A DNA stretch of 32,000 nt from Rhodobacter capsulatus SB 1003 (GTDB taxonomy: Bacteria; Pseudomonadota; Alphaproteobacteria; Rhodobacterales; Rhodobacteraceae): NCBI RefSeq assembly GCF_000021865.1, contig NC_014034.1, positions 3,360,001 to 3,392,000 on the forward strand, in the 5' to 3' direction. Under the pieces are notes generated by a model. That model did not search any database. It was not told the origin of the DNA and saw only the letters and a list, made by a program, of their open reading frames with translations. Within the stretch, counting starts at the first letter, position 1; each line of letters opens with the position of its first letter. Both the position numbers and the translations under genes were made by a program. This document shows, piece by piece, positions 16,664 to 23,948 of the stretch.

Positions 16664-17839
16664 ATGACCAATGTCGTCATCGTCTCGGCGGCCCGGACCG
16701 CCGTGGGCAGCTTCAACGGCGCTTTCGCCAACACGCCCGCGCATGAGCTGGGCGCCGCGGCGATCGAGGCCGTGGTGGCGCGGGCGGGCATCGACAAGGC
16801 GGAGGTCTCGGAAACCATCCTCGGTCAGGTGCTGACCGCCGGTCAGGGCCAGAACCCGGCGCGTCAGGCGCATATCAAGGCCGGTCTGCCGATCGAATCG
16901 GCCGCCTGGGGCATCAACCAGGTTTGCGGCTCGGGCCTGCGCACGGTGGCGCTCGGCGCGCAGCACATCCAGCTTGGCGATGCGGCGATCGTCGTGGCCG
17001 GGGGCCAGGAAAGCATGTCGCTGTCCGCCCATGTCGCGCATCTGCGCGCGGGCACCAAGATGGGCGACATGAAGATGATCGATTCGATGATCAAGGACGG
17101 GCTTTGGGACGCGTTCAACGGCTATCACATGGGCCAGACCGCGGAAAACGTCGCGGCACAATGGGGCATCACCCGCGAGATGCAGGACGAATTCGCCCTT
17201 GCCAGCCAGAACAAGGCCGAAGCCGCGCAAAAGGCGGGCAAGTTCGTCGATGAAATCATCCCCTTCACGGTGAAGACCCGCAAGGGCGACATCGTCGTCG
17301 ATGCCGATGAATACATCCGTCACGGCGCGACGCTCGAATCGATGCAAAAGCTGAAACCGGCCTTCACCAAGGATGGCACGGTGACCGCGGGCAACGCCTC
17401 GGGCATCAATGATGGCGCCGCGGTCGTGCTCTTGATGACCGAGGAAGAGGCGGCGAAACGCGGTCTGACGCCGCTGGCCCGGATCGCGTCCTACGCCACC
17501 GCGGGGCTTGACCCGTCGATCATGGGCTGCGGCCCGATCCCGGCCTCGCGCAAGGCGCTGGAAAAGGCGGGCTGGACCGCCGCCGATCTGGACCGGATCG
17601 AGGCGAACGAGGCTTTCGCGGCCCAGGCCTGCGCGGTGAACAAGGACATGGGCTGGGACGTGTCGAAGGTGAACGTCAACGGCGGCGCCATCGCCATCGG
17701 CCACCCGATCGGCGCCTCGGGCTGCCGGATCCTGAACACGCTTGTCTTTGAAATGAAACGTTCGGGCGCGAAAAAGGGTCTGGCGACGCTGTGCATCGGC
17801 GGCGGCATGGGCGTGGCCATGTGCCTGGAAGGGCTCTGA
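16664..17839 (+). CDS. phaA: Acetyl-CoA acetyltransferase (beta-ketothiolase)
   Basis: 391 aa: [19 protein letters not shown]...NQVCGSGLR...[15 protein letters not shown]...CIGGGMG. This is a canonical biosynthetic thiolase. AGGAGGG lies 7 nt upstream. Confidence 0.95.
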   Translation: MTNVVIVSAARTAVGSFNGAFANTPAHELGAAAIEAVVARAGIDKAEVSETILGQVLTAGQGQNPARQAHIKAGLPIESAAWGINQVCGSGLRTVALGAQHIQLGDAAIVVAGGQESMSLSAHVAHLRAGTKMGDMKMIDSMIKDGLWDAFNGYHMGQTAENVAAQWGITREMQDEFALASQNKAEAAQKAGKFVDEIIPFTVKTRKGDIVVDADEYIRHGATLESMQKLKPAFTKDGTVTAGNASGINDGAAVVLLMTEEEAAKRGLTPLARIASYATAGLDPSIMGCGPIPASRKALEKAGWTAADLDRIEANEAFAAQACAVNKDMGWDVSKVNVNGGAIAIGHPIGASGCRILNTLVFEMKRSGAKKGLATLCIGGGMGVAMCLEGL

Positions 17840-17869
17840 GCCCAGCTTTTTTCTGCAAATGCGAAAAAC

Positions 17870-17894
17870 GGGCGCGCAACAATATTGCGCGCCC
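17870..17894. promoter_or_regulatory. 10-bp-arm palindrome GGGCGCGCAA-CAATA-TTGCGCGCCC between phaA and phaB (operator and/or attenuating hairpin)
   Basis: It has the same core as the phaA-upstream palindrome (GCGCAACAAWATTGCGC). It lies 31 nt after the phaA stop and is followed by a second palindrome, ACCTAA-TT-TTAGGT (17895-17908), which contains TTTT. Confidence 0.45.
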
Positions 17895-17944
17895 ACCTAA
17901 TTTTAGGTAACAGCATTTCAACAAGGATGATCTGAGGAGGAATC

Positions 17945-18667
17945 ATGTCCAGAGTTGCACTCGTCACCGGGGGATCGCGCGGCATTGGCGCCGCGATCTC
18001 GATGGCACTGAAGGACGCCGGTTACACCGTCGCCGCGAACTATGCCGGCAATGACGAAGCCGCCGCGAAATTCACCGCCGAGACCGGGATCAAGACCTAC
18101 AAATGGTCGGTCGCCGATTACGACGCCTGCGCCGCGGGCATCGCCCAGGTCGAGGCCGATCTGGGCCCGGTCGACGTGCTGGTGAACAATGCGGGCATCA
18201 CCCGCGACGCGCCCTTCCACAAGATGACCCGCGACCAATGGGATCAGGTGATCGGCACCAACCTGAACGGCATCTTCAACATGACGCATCCGCTCTGGAA
18301 CGGCATGCGCGACCGCAAATTCGGCCGGATCATCAACATTTCCTCGATCAACGGCCAAAAGGGCCAGTTCGCCCAGGCGAACTATTCCGCGGCCAAGGCG
18401 GGCGACATCGGCTTCACCAAGGCGCTGGCGCAGGAAGGGGCGCGGGCGGGGATCACCGTCAACGCGATCTGCCCGGGCTATATCGCCACCGAAATGGTGA
18501 TGGCGGTGCCCGAAAAGGTGCGCGAGCAGATCATCGCGACGATCCCGGTCGGCCGTCTGGGCGAAACCGGCGATATCGCGCGCTGCGTGGTGTTCCTCGC
18601 CTCGGATGATGCGGGCTTCATCACCGGCGCGACGCTGACCGCGAACGGCGGCCAATACATGACCTGA
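17945..18667 (+). CDS. phaB: Acetoacetyl-CoA reductase (SDR family)
   Basis: 240 aa: MSRVALVTGGSRGIGAAI...NNAGITRD...NISSINGQKGQFAQANYSAAKAG...TANGGQYM. This is the canonical PhaB pattern directly after phaA, with GAGGAGG upstream. Confidence 0.93.
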   Translation: MSRVALVTGGSRGIGAAISMALKDAGYTVAANYAGNDEAAAKFTAETGIKTYKWSVADYDACAAGIAQVEADLGPVDVLVNNAGITRDAPFHKMTRDQWDQVIGTNLNGIFNMTHPLWNGMRDRKFGRIINISSINGQKGQFAQANYSAAKAGDIGFTKALAQEGARAGITVNAICPGYIATEMVMAVPEKVREQIIATIPVGRLGETGDIARCVVFLASDDAGFITGATLTANGGQYMT

Positions 18668-18691
18668 TTTGCCCTTGGCAAAACGGTTCGG

Positions 18692-18710
18692 GGCCCGCAT
18701 CTTGCGGGCC
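18692..18710 (+). terminator. Intrinsic terminator candidate after phaB
   Basis: GGCCCGC (18692-18698), loop ATCTT, GCGGGCC (18704-18710), followed by TCTTGCATTT. Confidence 0.55.
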
Positions 18711-18730
18711 TCTTGCATTTCGGGGGTCAG

Positions 18731-19594
18731 ATGTCGCGCAACCAGGCAACCTTGATCGGCTTTTCCGCCGTGGCGCTTTGGGCGCTTCTGGCGCTGTTCA
18801 CCGTGGCCTCGGCGCCGGTGCCGCCGCTGCAGCTGAATGCGCTGTGTTTTGCCATCGGCGGCAGCATCGGGCTGATCTGGGTCGCCGCGACCGAGGGCTT
18901 TACCGTGCTGCGGCAGGTGTCCTGGAAGGTCTATGCCTTCGGTACCGCGGCGCTTTTTGGCTACCACCTGATCTATTTTTCCGCCCTGCGTCTGGCCCCC
19001 CCGGCCGAGGCCAGCCTGATCGCCTATCTCTGGCCGCTGCTGATCGTGGTCTTTTCCGGCCTGCTGCCGGGCGAGCGGCTGAACCGGCTGCATGTTTTCG
19101 GGGCAGTGGTCGCCTTTGCCGGGGCGGCGCTGATCGTCGCCCGCGGTGGCATCTCGGCCAGCGCCGAATCGCTGCCCGGCTACGGGCTGGCGTTTCTCTG
19201 CGCGCTGACCTGGTCGGGCTATTCGCTGCTCTCGCGCCGGATGGGCAAGGTGCCGACCGCCGCCGTCGCGGTCTATTGCCTGGCCACGGCCGTTCTGTCG
19301 GCTATCGCGCATCTGGCGCTGGAAGAGACGCTCTGGCCCGCGGGCGCAACCGGCTGGGGGGCGGTCATCGCGCTGGGCCTTGGCCCGGTGGGGCTGGCCT
19401 TTTACACATGGGATGTGGGGGTGAAGCGGGGCGACATCCAGATGTTGGGGACGGCGTCCTATGCGGCTCCCCTTCTGTCAACGCTGGCGCTGATCGGGGC
19501 GGGGATCGCGGCAGCGTCACCCGTTCTGGTGCTGGCCGCCGCGATGATTGCTGCAGGTGCCTTTCTGGCCGCTATGGGCAGCAGGCAAGGCTAG
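18731..19594 (+). CDS. EamA/DMT-superfamily transporter
   Basis: About 10 hydrophobic helices in two EamA-like halves. I prefer the start at ATG 18731 (MSRNQATLIGF...), because ATG 18713 lies inside the terminator tail. Confidence 0.8.
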   Translation: MSRNQATLIGFSAVALWALLALFTVASAPVPPLQLNALCFAIGGSIGLIWVAATEGFTVLRQVSWKVYAFGTAALFGYHLIYFSALRLAPPAEASLIAYLWPLLIVVFSGLLPGERLNRLHVFGAVVAFAGAALIVARGGISASAESLPGYGLAFLCALTWSGYSLLSRRMGKVPTAAVAVYCLATAVLSAIAHLALEETLWPAGATGWGAVIALGLGPVGLAFYTWDVGVKRGDIQMLGTASYAAPLLSTLALIGAGIAAASPVLVLAAAMIAAGAFLAAMGSRQG

Positions 19595-19621
19595 GGATCG
19601 GCCCGCAGGCCGGTCCGGAAC

Positions 19622-19795
19622 TCAGACCGCCACGCCTTCCAGCCGGGCGATTTCTTCCTTGAGCCGCAGTTTCTGTTTCTTCATCTCCGCGATTTGCAGG
19701 TCATCGAAGCTGGGCGTGCGCAGCGCCACTTCGACTTCCGCGGACAGAGCCTGATGTTTCTTGCGAAGTTCAGCGATATGCGAACTCACGGACAT
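19622..19795 (-). CDS. DUF465 (YdcH-like) small coiled-coil protein, 57 aa
   Basis: MSVSSHIAELRKKHQALSAEVEVALRTPSFDDLQIAEMKKQKLRLKEEIARLEG is the typical DUF465 pattern (..L..KH..L...I........D...I..LKK.KL.LKDEI..L). AGGAG lies 7 nt before ATG 19795. Confidence 0.8.
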   Translation of the reverse strand: MSVSSHIAELRKKHQALSAEVEVALRTPSFDDLQIAEMKKQKLRLKEEIARLEGVAV

Positions 19796-19827
19796 GGCAG
19801 TCTCCTCTTTCCTTGTTCGGTAGGATG

Positions 19828-19856
19828 ATTGCAGCACGTTTTCGAACGCTTGTCAC
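19828..19856 (-). promoter_or_regulatory. Sigma70-type promoter candidate for the DUF465 gene
   Basis: On the minus strand: GTGACA (19856-19851), a 17-nt spacer, then TGCAAT (19833-19828). The -35 lies within an 11-bp-phased direct repeat of GACAAGCG (plus strand CGCTTGTC at 19847-19854 and 19858-19865). Confidence 0.45.
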
Positions 19857-19918
19857 GCGCTTGTCGTATTGCCGCGCGAAATTATGAGCGCGTTTTACGA
19901 AATAATATTGCCACGGAA

Positions 19919-20680
19919 TTAAGGCGTTAGCGGCAGGATTTCGCCGCAGCGCAGCACTGCCTGCGCAGCATGGGTGAGGTCTTCGGCATCGCCCTGATGC
20001 GCAGGCAGGGCATGCAGCACGAAGGGCGCCAGAAGCCGCAAGGGCGTCTTGCCCCCCTTGCGCGCGGCCACGATCACCCGGCCCGCCGCCCGCCCCTGCC
20101 GCGCCGCGATCGGCAGCACCGTGACCGCGCCCCCCTGCCCCGCCAGCGCCGCCAGAATGTCGCCCAGCCGGTCGGCATTCTGGATCAGCGTCAGCCAGCC
20201 GCCCGGCTGCAGCCGCCGCATCCCCGCCCGCACCCAATCGGCAAGCGGCGTCACCTCGCGCTGCGCCCGTTCGCGGCCCGCATCCGCCGCCGCCGTGCCG
20301 CCGGAAGCCGCGAAATAGGGCGGATTGGCGATCACATGATCGTAATTGCGCGCCCGCAGCGCGGCGGGCATCCGCGCCAGATCGCCCTCGAACACCTCGA
20401 GCGGAACCCCGTTCGCCGCCGCATTGCGCCGCGCCAGATCGGCGTAAGCGGGCTGCAGCTCCAGCCCCGCCTGCACCAGCCCCTTCACCCGCCAGCCCAG
20501 GCACAGGCTTGCCACACCGGCGCCACAGCCCAGTTCCAGCACCGATTGCCCCGGTTTTGCCCCGCAAGCGGCCGCCAGAAGCACCGGATCCATCGCCGCG
20601 CGATAGCCCTGGCGCGGCTGCGCCACGGTCAGACGACCGTCCAGAAACCGGTCAAAGGTGCAGTCCTCGGGCGGAAACAT
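19919..20680 (-). CDS. SAM-dependent N6-adenine-type methyltransferase (NPPY motif; tRNA m6A37 YfiC/TrmN6-like)
   Basis: Start at ATG 20680 (MFPPEDCTFDRFLDGRLTVAQPRQGYR...). It has the SAM motif VLELGCGAG and the catalytic motif VIANPPYF. The start overlaps the stop of the DUF2007 gene (TGATG). Confidence 0.75.
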   Translation of the reverse strand: MFPPEDCTFDRFLDGRLTVAQPRQGYRAAMDPVLLAAACGAKPGQSVLELGCGAGVASLCLGWRVKGLVQAGLELQPAYADLARRNAAANGVPLEVFEGDLARMPAALRARNYDHVIANPPYFAASGGTAAADAGRERAQREVTPLADWVRAGMRRLQPGGWLTLIQNADRLGDILAALAGQGGAVTVLPIAARQGRAAGRVIVAARKGGKTPLRLLAPFVLHALPAHQGDAEDLTHAAQAVLRCGEILPLTP

Positions 20681-20892
20681 CACTCTTCCCACAGCCCGTT
20701 GTCGCGCAAAATCGCCTGCGCCAGAAACCAGTCCGCATCGGCCACGGCCAGTCTGCGCGGCAAAATGCCGAGGCTGCCGTCCAGAATGCTCATGTGGACG
20801 TCCCACTCAAAGGCCGTTATACCCTCGCCCTCAAGAAGGGCCATCGCCATGGCGATCCGAACCGGGTCGGTGGTGCGCAGAAGCTCTTTCAT
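20680..20892 (-). CDS. DUF2007-domain small protein (70 aa)
   Basis: This is the C-terminal portion of shadow-extended ORF 20680..22188. The real ATG is at 20892: MKELLRTTDPVRIAMAMALLEGEGITAFEWDVHMSILDGSLGILPRRLAVADADWFLAQAILRDNGLWEE, the typical DUF2007 pattern. Confidence 0.7.
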   Translation of the reverse strand: MKELLRTTDPVRIAMAMALLEGEGITAFEWDVHMSILDGSLGILPRRLAVADADWFLAQAILRDNGLWEE

Positions 20893-20964
20893 CGCTCGAC
20901 TTAAGGGCAGCTCTGCCGCGGTGTCGAGACGGAAATTGGGCCGGGAAACTGGGAAGGAAGACCG

Positions 20965-21966
20965 ATGAGCCTCGACGACAAGGCGACGAAACCGCATGAC
21001 CGTCTGGCGCAGGCGCTGGCCGAGGACATGGCGGCGGTGAATGCGCTGATCCGCGAGCGGATGAGTTCGGAACATGCCCCCCGCATCCCCGAGGTCACGG
21101 CGCATCTGATCGAGGCGGGCGGCAAGCGGCTGCGGCCGATGCTGACGCTCGCTGCGGCGCGGCTGGTGGGCTATGGCGGGCCGTTCCATGTGCATCTGGC
21201 GGCGACGGTCGAATTCATCCACACCGCGACGCTGTTGCATGATGACGTGGTCGACGAAAGCCGCCAGCGCCGCGGCCGTCCGACGGCGAACCTGCTTTGG
21301 GACAACAAATCCTCGGTTCTGGTGGGGGATTATCTGTTTGCCCGCTCCTTCCAGCTGATGACCGACACCGGCAACATGCGGGTGATGGAGATCCTGGCCA
21401 ACGCTTCGGCCGTGATCGCCGAGGGCGAGGTGCTGCAGCTGACGGCGGCGCAGAATCTGGCGACGACCGAGGACATCTATCTGCGGGTGATCCGCGGCAA
21501 GACGGCGGCGCTCTTTTCCGCCGCGACCGAGGTCGGCGGCATCATCGGCGGCGCCCCCGAGGATCAGGTGCAGGCGCTTTTCGATTATGGCGACGCGCTC
21601 GGCATCGCCTTCCAGATCGTCGATGACCTGCTGGATTACGGCGGCAAATCGGCCGAGATCGGCAAGAACACCGGCGACGATTTCCGCGAGCGCAAGCTGA
21701 CGATGCCGGTGATCAAGGCCGTCGCGCTGGCCGATGAGGCGGAACGCGCCTTCTGGAAGCGGGTGATCGAAAAGGGCGACCAGCAGGACGGCGACCTTGA
21801 ACACGCGATGGCGCTGATGACGAAGCACGGCACGCTGGAAGCGACGCGGCTGGCGGCGATCGGCTGGACCGACACCGCCCGCAAGGCGCTGGCGAAACTG
21901 CCGGATCATCCGCTGCGGCAGATGCTGGACGATCTGGCCGATTACGTCGTCGAACGGGTGCGCTGA
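20965..21966 (+). CDS. ispB: Long-chain all-trans polyprenyl diphosphate synthase (octa/nona/decaprenyl; ubiquinone side chain)
   Basis: 333 aa with both Asp-rich motifs, LLHDDVVDES (FARM) and FQIVDDLLDY (SARM), and an IspB-like length and N-terminus. Confidence 0.9.
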   Translation: MSLDDKATKPHDRLAQALAEDMAAVNALIRERMSSEHAPRIPEVTAHLIEAGGKRLRPMLTLAAARLVGYGGPFHVHLAATVEFIHTATLLHDDVVDESRQRRGRPTANLLWDNKSSVLVGDYLFARSFQLMTDTGNMRVMEILANASAVIAEGEVLQLTAAQNLATTEDIYLRVIRGKTAALFSAATEVGGIIGGAPEDQVQALFDYGDALGIAFQIVDDLLDYGGKSAEIGKNTGDDFRERKLTMPVIKAVALADEAERAFWKRVIEKGDQQDGDLEHAMALMTKHGTLEATRLAAIGWTDTARKALAKLPDHPLRQMLDDLADYVVERVR

Positions 21967-21979
21967 AGGCACCCGGTCT

Positions 21980-22001
21980 GGCCAAGGCCATCGCCTTGGC
22001 C
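21980..22001 (+). terminator. Hairpin after ispB (terminator-like, no clear T-tract)
   Basis: GGCCAAGGC (21980-21988), loop CATC, GCCTTGGCC (21993-22001), starting 14 nt after the ispB stop. Confidence 0.35.
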
Positions 22002-22148
22002 CTGCGCTCCATTCCCCCCATGACCCCCGAGTGCCCAAAGCACTCGGGCAGCGCCCGCCCCGCCCATGGCGGGCGCTTCTCGCCCGCCGGGACGGGCGCC
22101 GCCCTCTGTCGCGCTTGGGAAAACGGTCTTGTCGCAACCGGCTCGAAA

Positions 22149-22185
22149 CGGGCGGGGAAAGGCAGTGCCTTTCCTGTTCCGCCCG
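22149..22185 (-). terminator. Terminator candidate for the minus-strand membrane-protein gene
   Basis: It is a two-tier stem. CGGGCGG (22149-22155) pairs with CCGCCCG (22179-22185), and GGAAAGGC (22156-22163) pairs with GCCTTTCC (22167-22174). On the minus strand it is followed by TTTCGAG. Confidence 0.5.
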
Positions 22186-22194
22186 CACCCACGA

Positions 22195-23844
22195 TCACGG
22201 CCGTTCGGGCCGCAGCAGGATGTAGGTCGCGGTGCGGTGTTCCTCGATCAGCCGCCAGCCCGCCTCCGCAATCGCTTTCACGATCTCGTCGCGGCGCGTT
22301 TCGCCGGTGGGGCACAGCGGCACCAGCACATGATCGGCAGCCTCGATCCCCGGCGTGCCGCCGTAATACCAGGGCGCGGCGCCCCGGACCGGCTCGAACG
22401 GCCCGAAGAGCCACAGCGACGAAAACAGATCCGCCACCAGCACCCGCGACCGCGCATGGCCCGCCCGCAGCAGATCGGCGGCGACCGTTTCGAACCAGGC
22501 GTCATAGCCCTTCAGAAGCTCGCAGGCGGGCAGGGTCTCGCCGTTCAGCACCGCGGGCCGCCCCGGCGTCGCGGCGCTTTCGCCCCGCGTCGCATAGGCG
22601 GCAAAGGGCTGCCCCGGCCCATCCGCCGCCAGCCTCTGCTGCGCCCGATAGACCCGCGGCGCCAGCACCCGCAGATCGGCATCCTGCGGCCGCGCCGAAA
22701 GCAGCGGCACCATCGCCTCGGTCTCGGCAAAGGCATGGCGCAGCGGGCTGGTGACCAGATTGACCATCGGCCCGGTGGCCAGCGCCAGCGCCGCAACCCC
22801 GGTGGCCAGCAGGGCCTCGCGCAGCGGCCAGCCCAGCCCGTTGTCGACCCGGCGCTCCGGGCGCAGCGCCAGCGCGATCAGCCCCACCAGCACCAGCCAT
22901 TGCGGATCGTTGCCGAAATTCTGATAGGTCACATAGGCAAAGGCGGGCACCAGCCAGAGCAGCGCCAGCCCCTCGGCGCCGCGCCCGGACTGGCGCAGAA
23001 AGATCACCGTCATCAGCGCCACCAGCGTCGCCGCCACATGTTTCGGCGCCGCCAGAACCGCGGCCAGACTGTCGCCCGGCGCCGCCCGGGTGGTCGAGCC
23101 CGCCACCGTCAGCAGATCCCGCAGATAGCCGCCCCAGAAGCCCGGCCCCAGCAGCGCCGTCACCGCGGCCAGCACCAGAAGCCCGGACAGCACCGCCACC
23201 CCCAGCGTGCGCAGATCCCGCCGCGCCAGAAGCGCCACCACCAGCGCCGGCGCAAGCGCCACGACATAGGTCACCTTGACCAGCCCCAGCCCGGCCATCA
23301 GCACCCCGATCAACGCCCCGTCCAGCCGCGGGCGGCGCGGCCCGAGCGGCTCCAGCACCGCCAGCACCACCGCCACATAGGCCATCGCCCAGGCCCAGCG
23401 GTTGTAATGCATCGAGACCGAAAACAGCGGTTGCGTCTCGCCATGGATCAGCGCCAGCACCATCCCCAGCACATAGGCACCAAAGATCCAGGCCAGCCCC
23501 CCCGGCAGCCGCGACTGCGCGGCGCGCAGGATCGGCAGGAACAGCACCGCCGCCACCGCGGCCTGCGCCGCCAGGAAGGCATGGCCCAGCCCCAGCCCCG
23601 CCTGCACGAAAGCCGCGATCGGCCACAGCCCGGCAATGCCGAGCGGCGTCATGAAATCGCGATGCGGCATCTGCCCCTTTTCGGCCATGCGCAGCACCAG
23701 ATCGGCCAGATGCAGCGCGTCGCCCTCGTGCTGGGTGACGGCCAGCGCCCCCGCCAGGAACGGCGCCGCCGCCAGAAGCCCGCCCCAAAGCGCCAGCCCC
23801 ACCGCCAGAGGCAGCCCCGCCGCCGCGCTTGACCTGCCCGTCAT
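22195..23844 (-). CDS. Large polytopic inner-membrane protein with a soluble ~180-aa C-terminal domain; function unknown (GT-C-like by eye only)
   Basis: Start at ATG 23844 (MTGRSSAAAGLPLAVGLALWGG...), preceded by GGAGAGG. It has many hydrophobic helices. The first loop carries HEGDALHLADLVLRMAEKGQMPHRDF. The C-terminal part (...CELLKGYDAWFETVAADLLRAGH...WYYGGTPGIEAADHVLVPLCP...) is not hydrophobic. Confidence 0.7.
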   Translation of the reverse strand: MTGRSSAAAGLPLAVGLALWGGLLAAAPFLAGALAVTQHEGDALHLADLVLRMAEKGQMPHRDFMTPLGIAGLWPIAAFVQAGLGLGHAFLAAQAAVAAVLFLPILRAAQSRLPGGLAWIFGAYVLGMVLALIHGETQPLFSVSMHYNRWAWAMAYVAVVLAVLEPLGPRRPRLDGALIGVLMAGLGLVKVTYVVALAPALVVALLARRDLRTLGVAVLSGLLVLAAVTALLGPGFWGGYLRDLLTVAGSTTRAAPGDSLAAVLAAPKHVAATLVALMTVIFLRQSGRGAEGLALLWLVPAFAYVTYQNFGNDPQWLVLVGLIALALRPERRVDNGLGWPLREALLATGVAALALATGPMVNLVTSPLRHAFAETEAMVPLLSARPQDADLRVLAPRVYRAQQRLAADGPGQPFAAYATRGESAATPGRPAVLNGETLPACELLKGYDAWFETVAADLLRAGHARSRVLVADLFSSLWLFGPFEPVRGAAPWYYGGTPGIEAADHVLVPLCPTGETRRDEIVKAIAEAGWRLIEEHRTATYILLRPERP

Positions 23845-23948
23845 CCCGGCCTCTCCGCATCTTTTCCCATTTTTGGCCACAATAGCCCGGCAGGATGTGG
23901 CTGTTAATCCCGAAGCAAAGCCGAAGACGACGAGCCGGAGCAGGACAG

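Noticed and set aside
15563-17896. A 777-aa minus-strand ORF opposite the EAL gene and phaA
   Set aside because: It is a shadow ORF with an Arg/Gly/His/Asp-rich translation. The plus-strand frames encode canonical EAL and thiolase proteins.
21967-22194. A tRNA or other classical RNA gene in the long ispB-distal spacer
   Set aside because: No GTTCGAATC-type T-loop, cloverleaf arrangement or anticodon arm could be found. It contains only independent GC hairpins.
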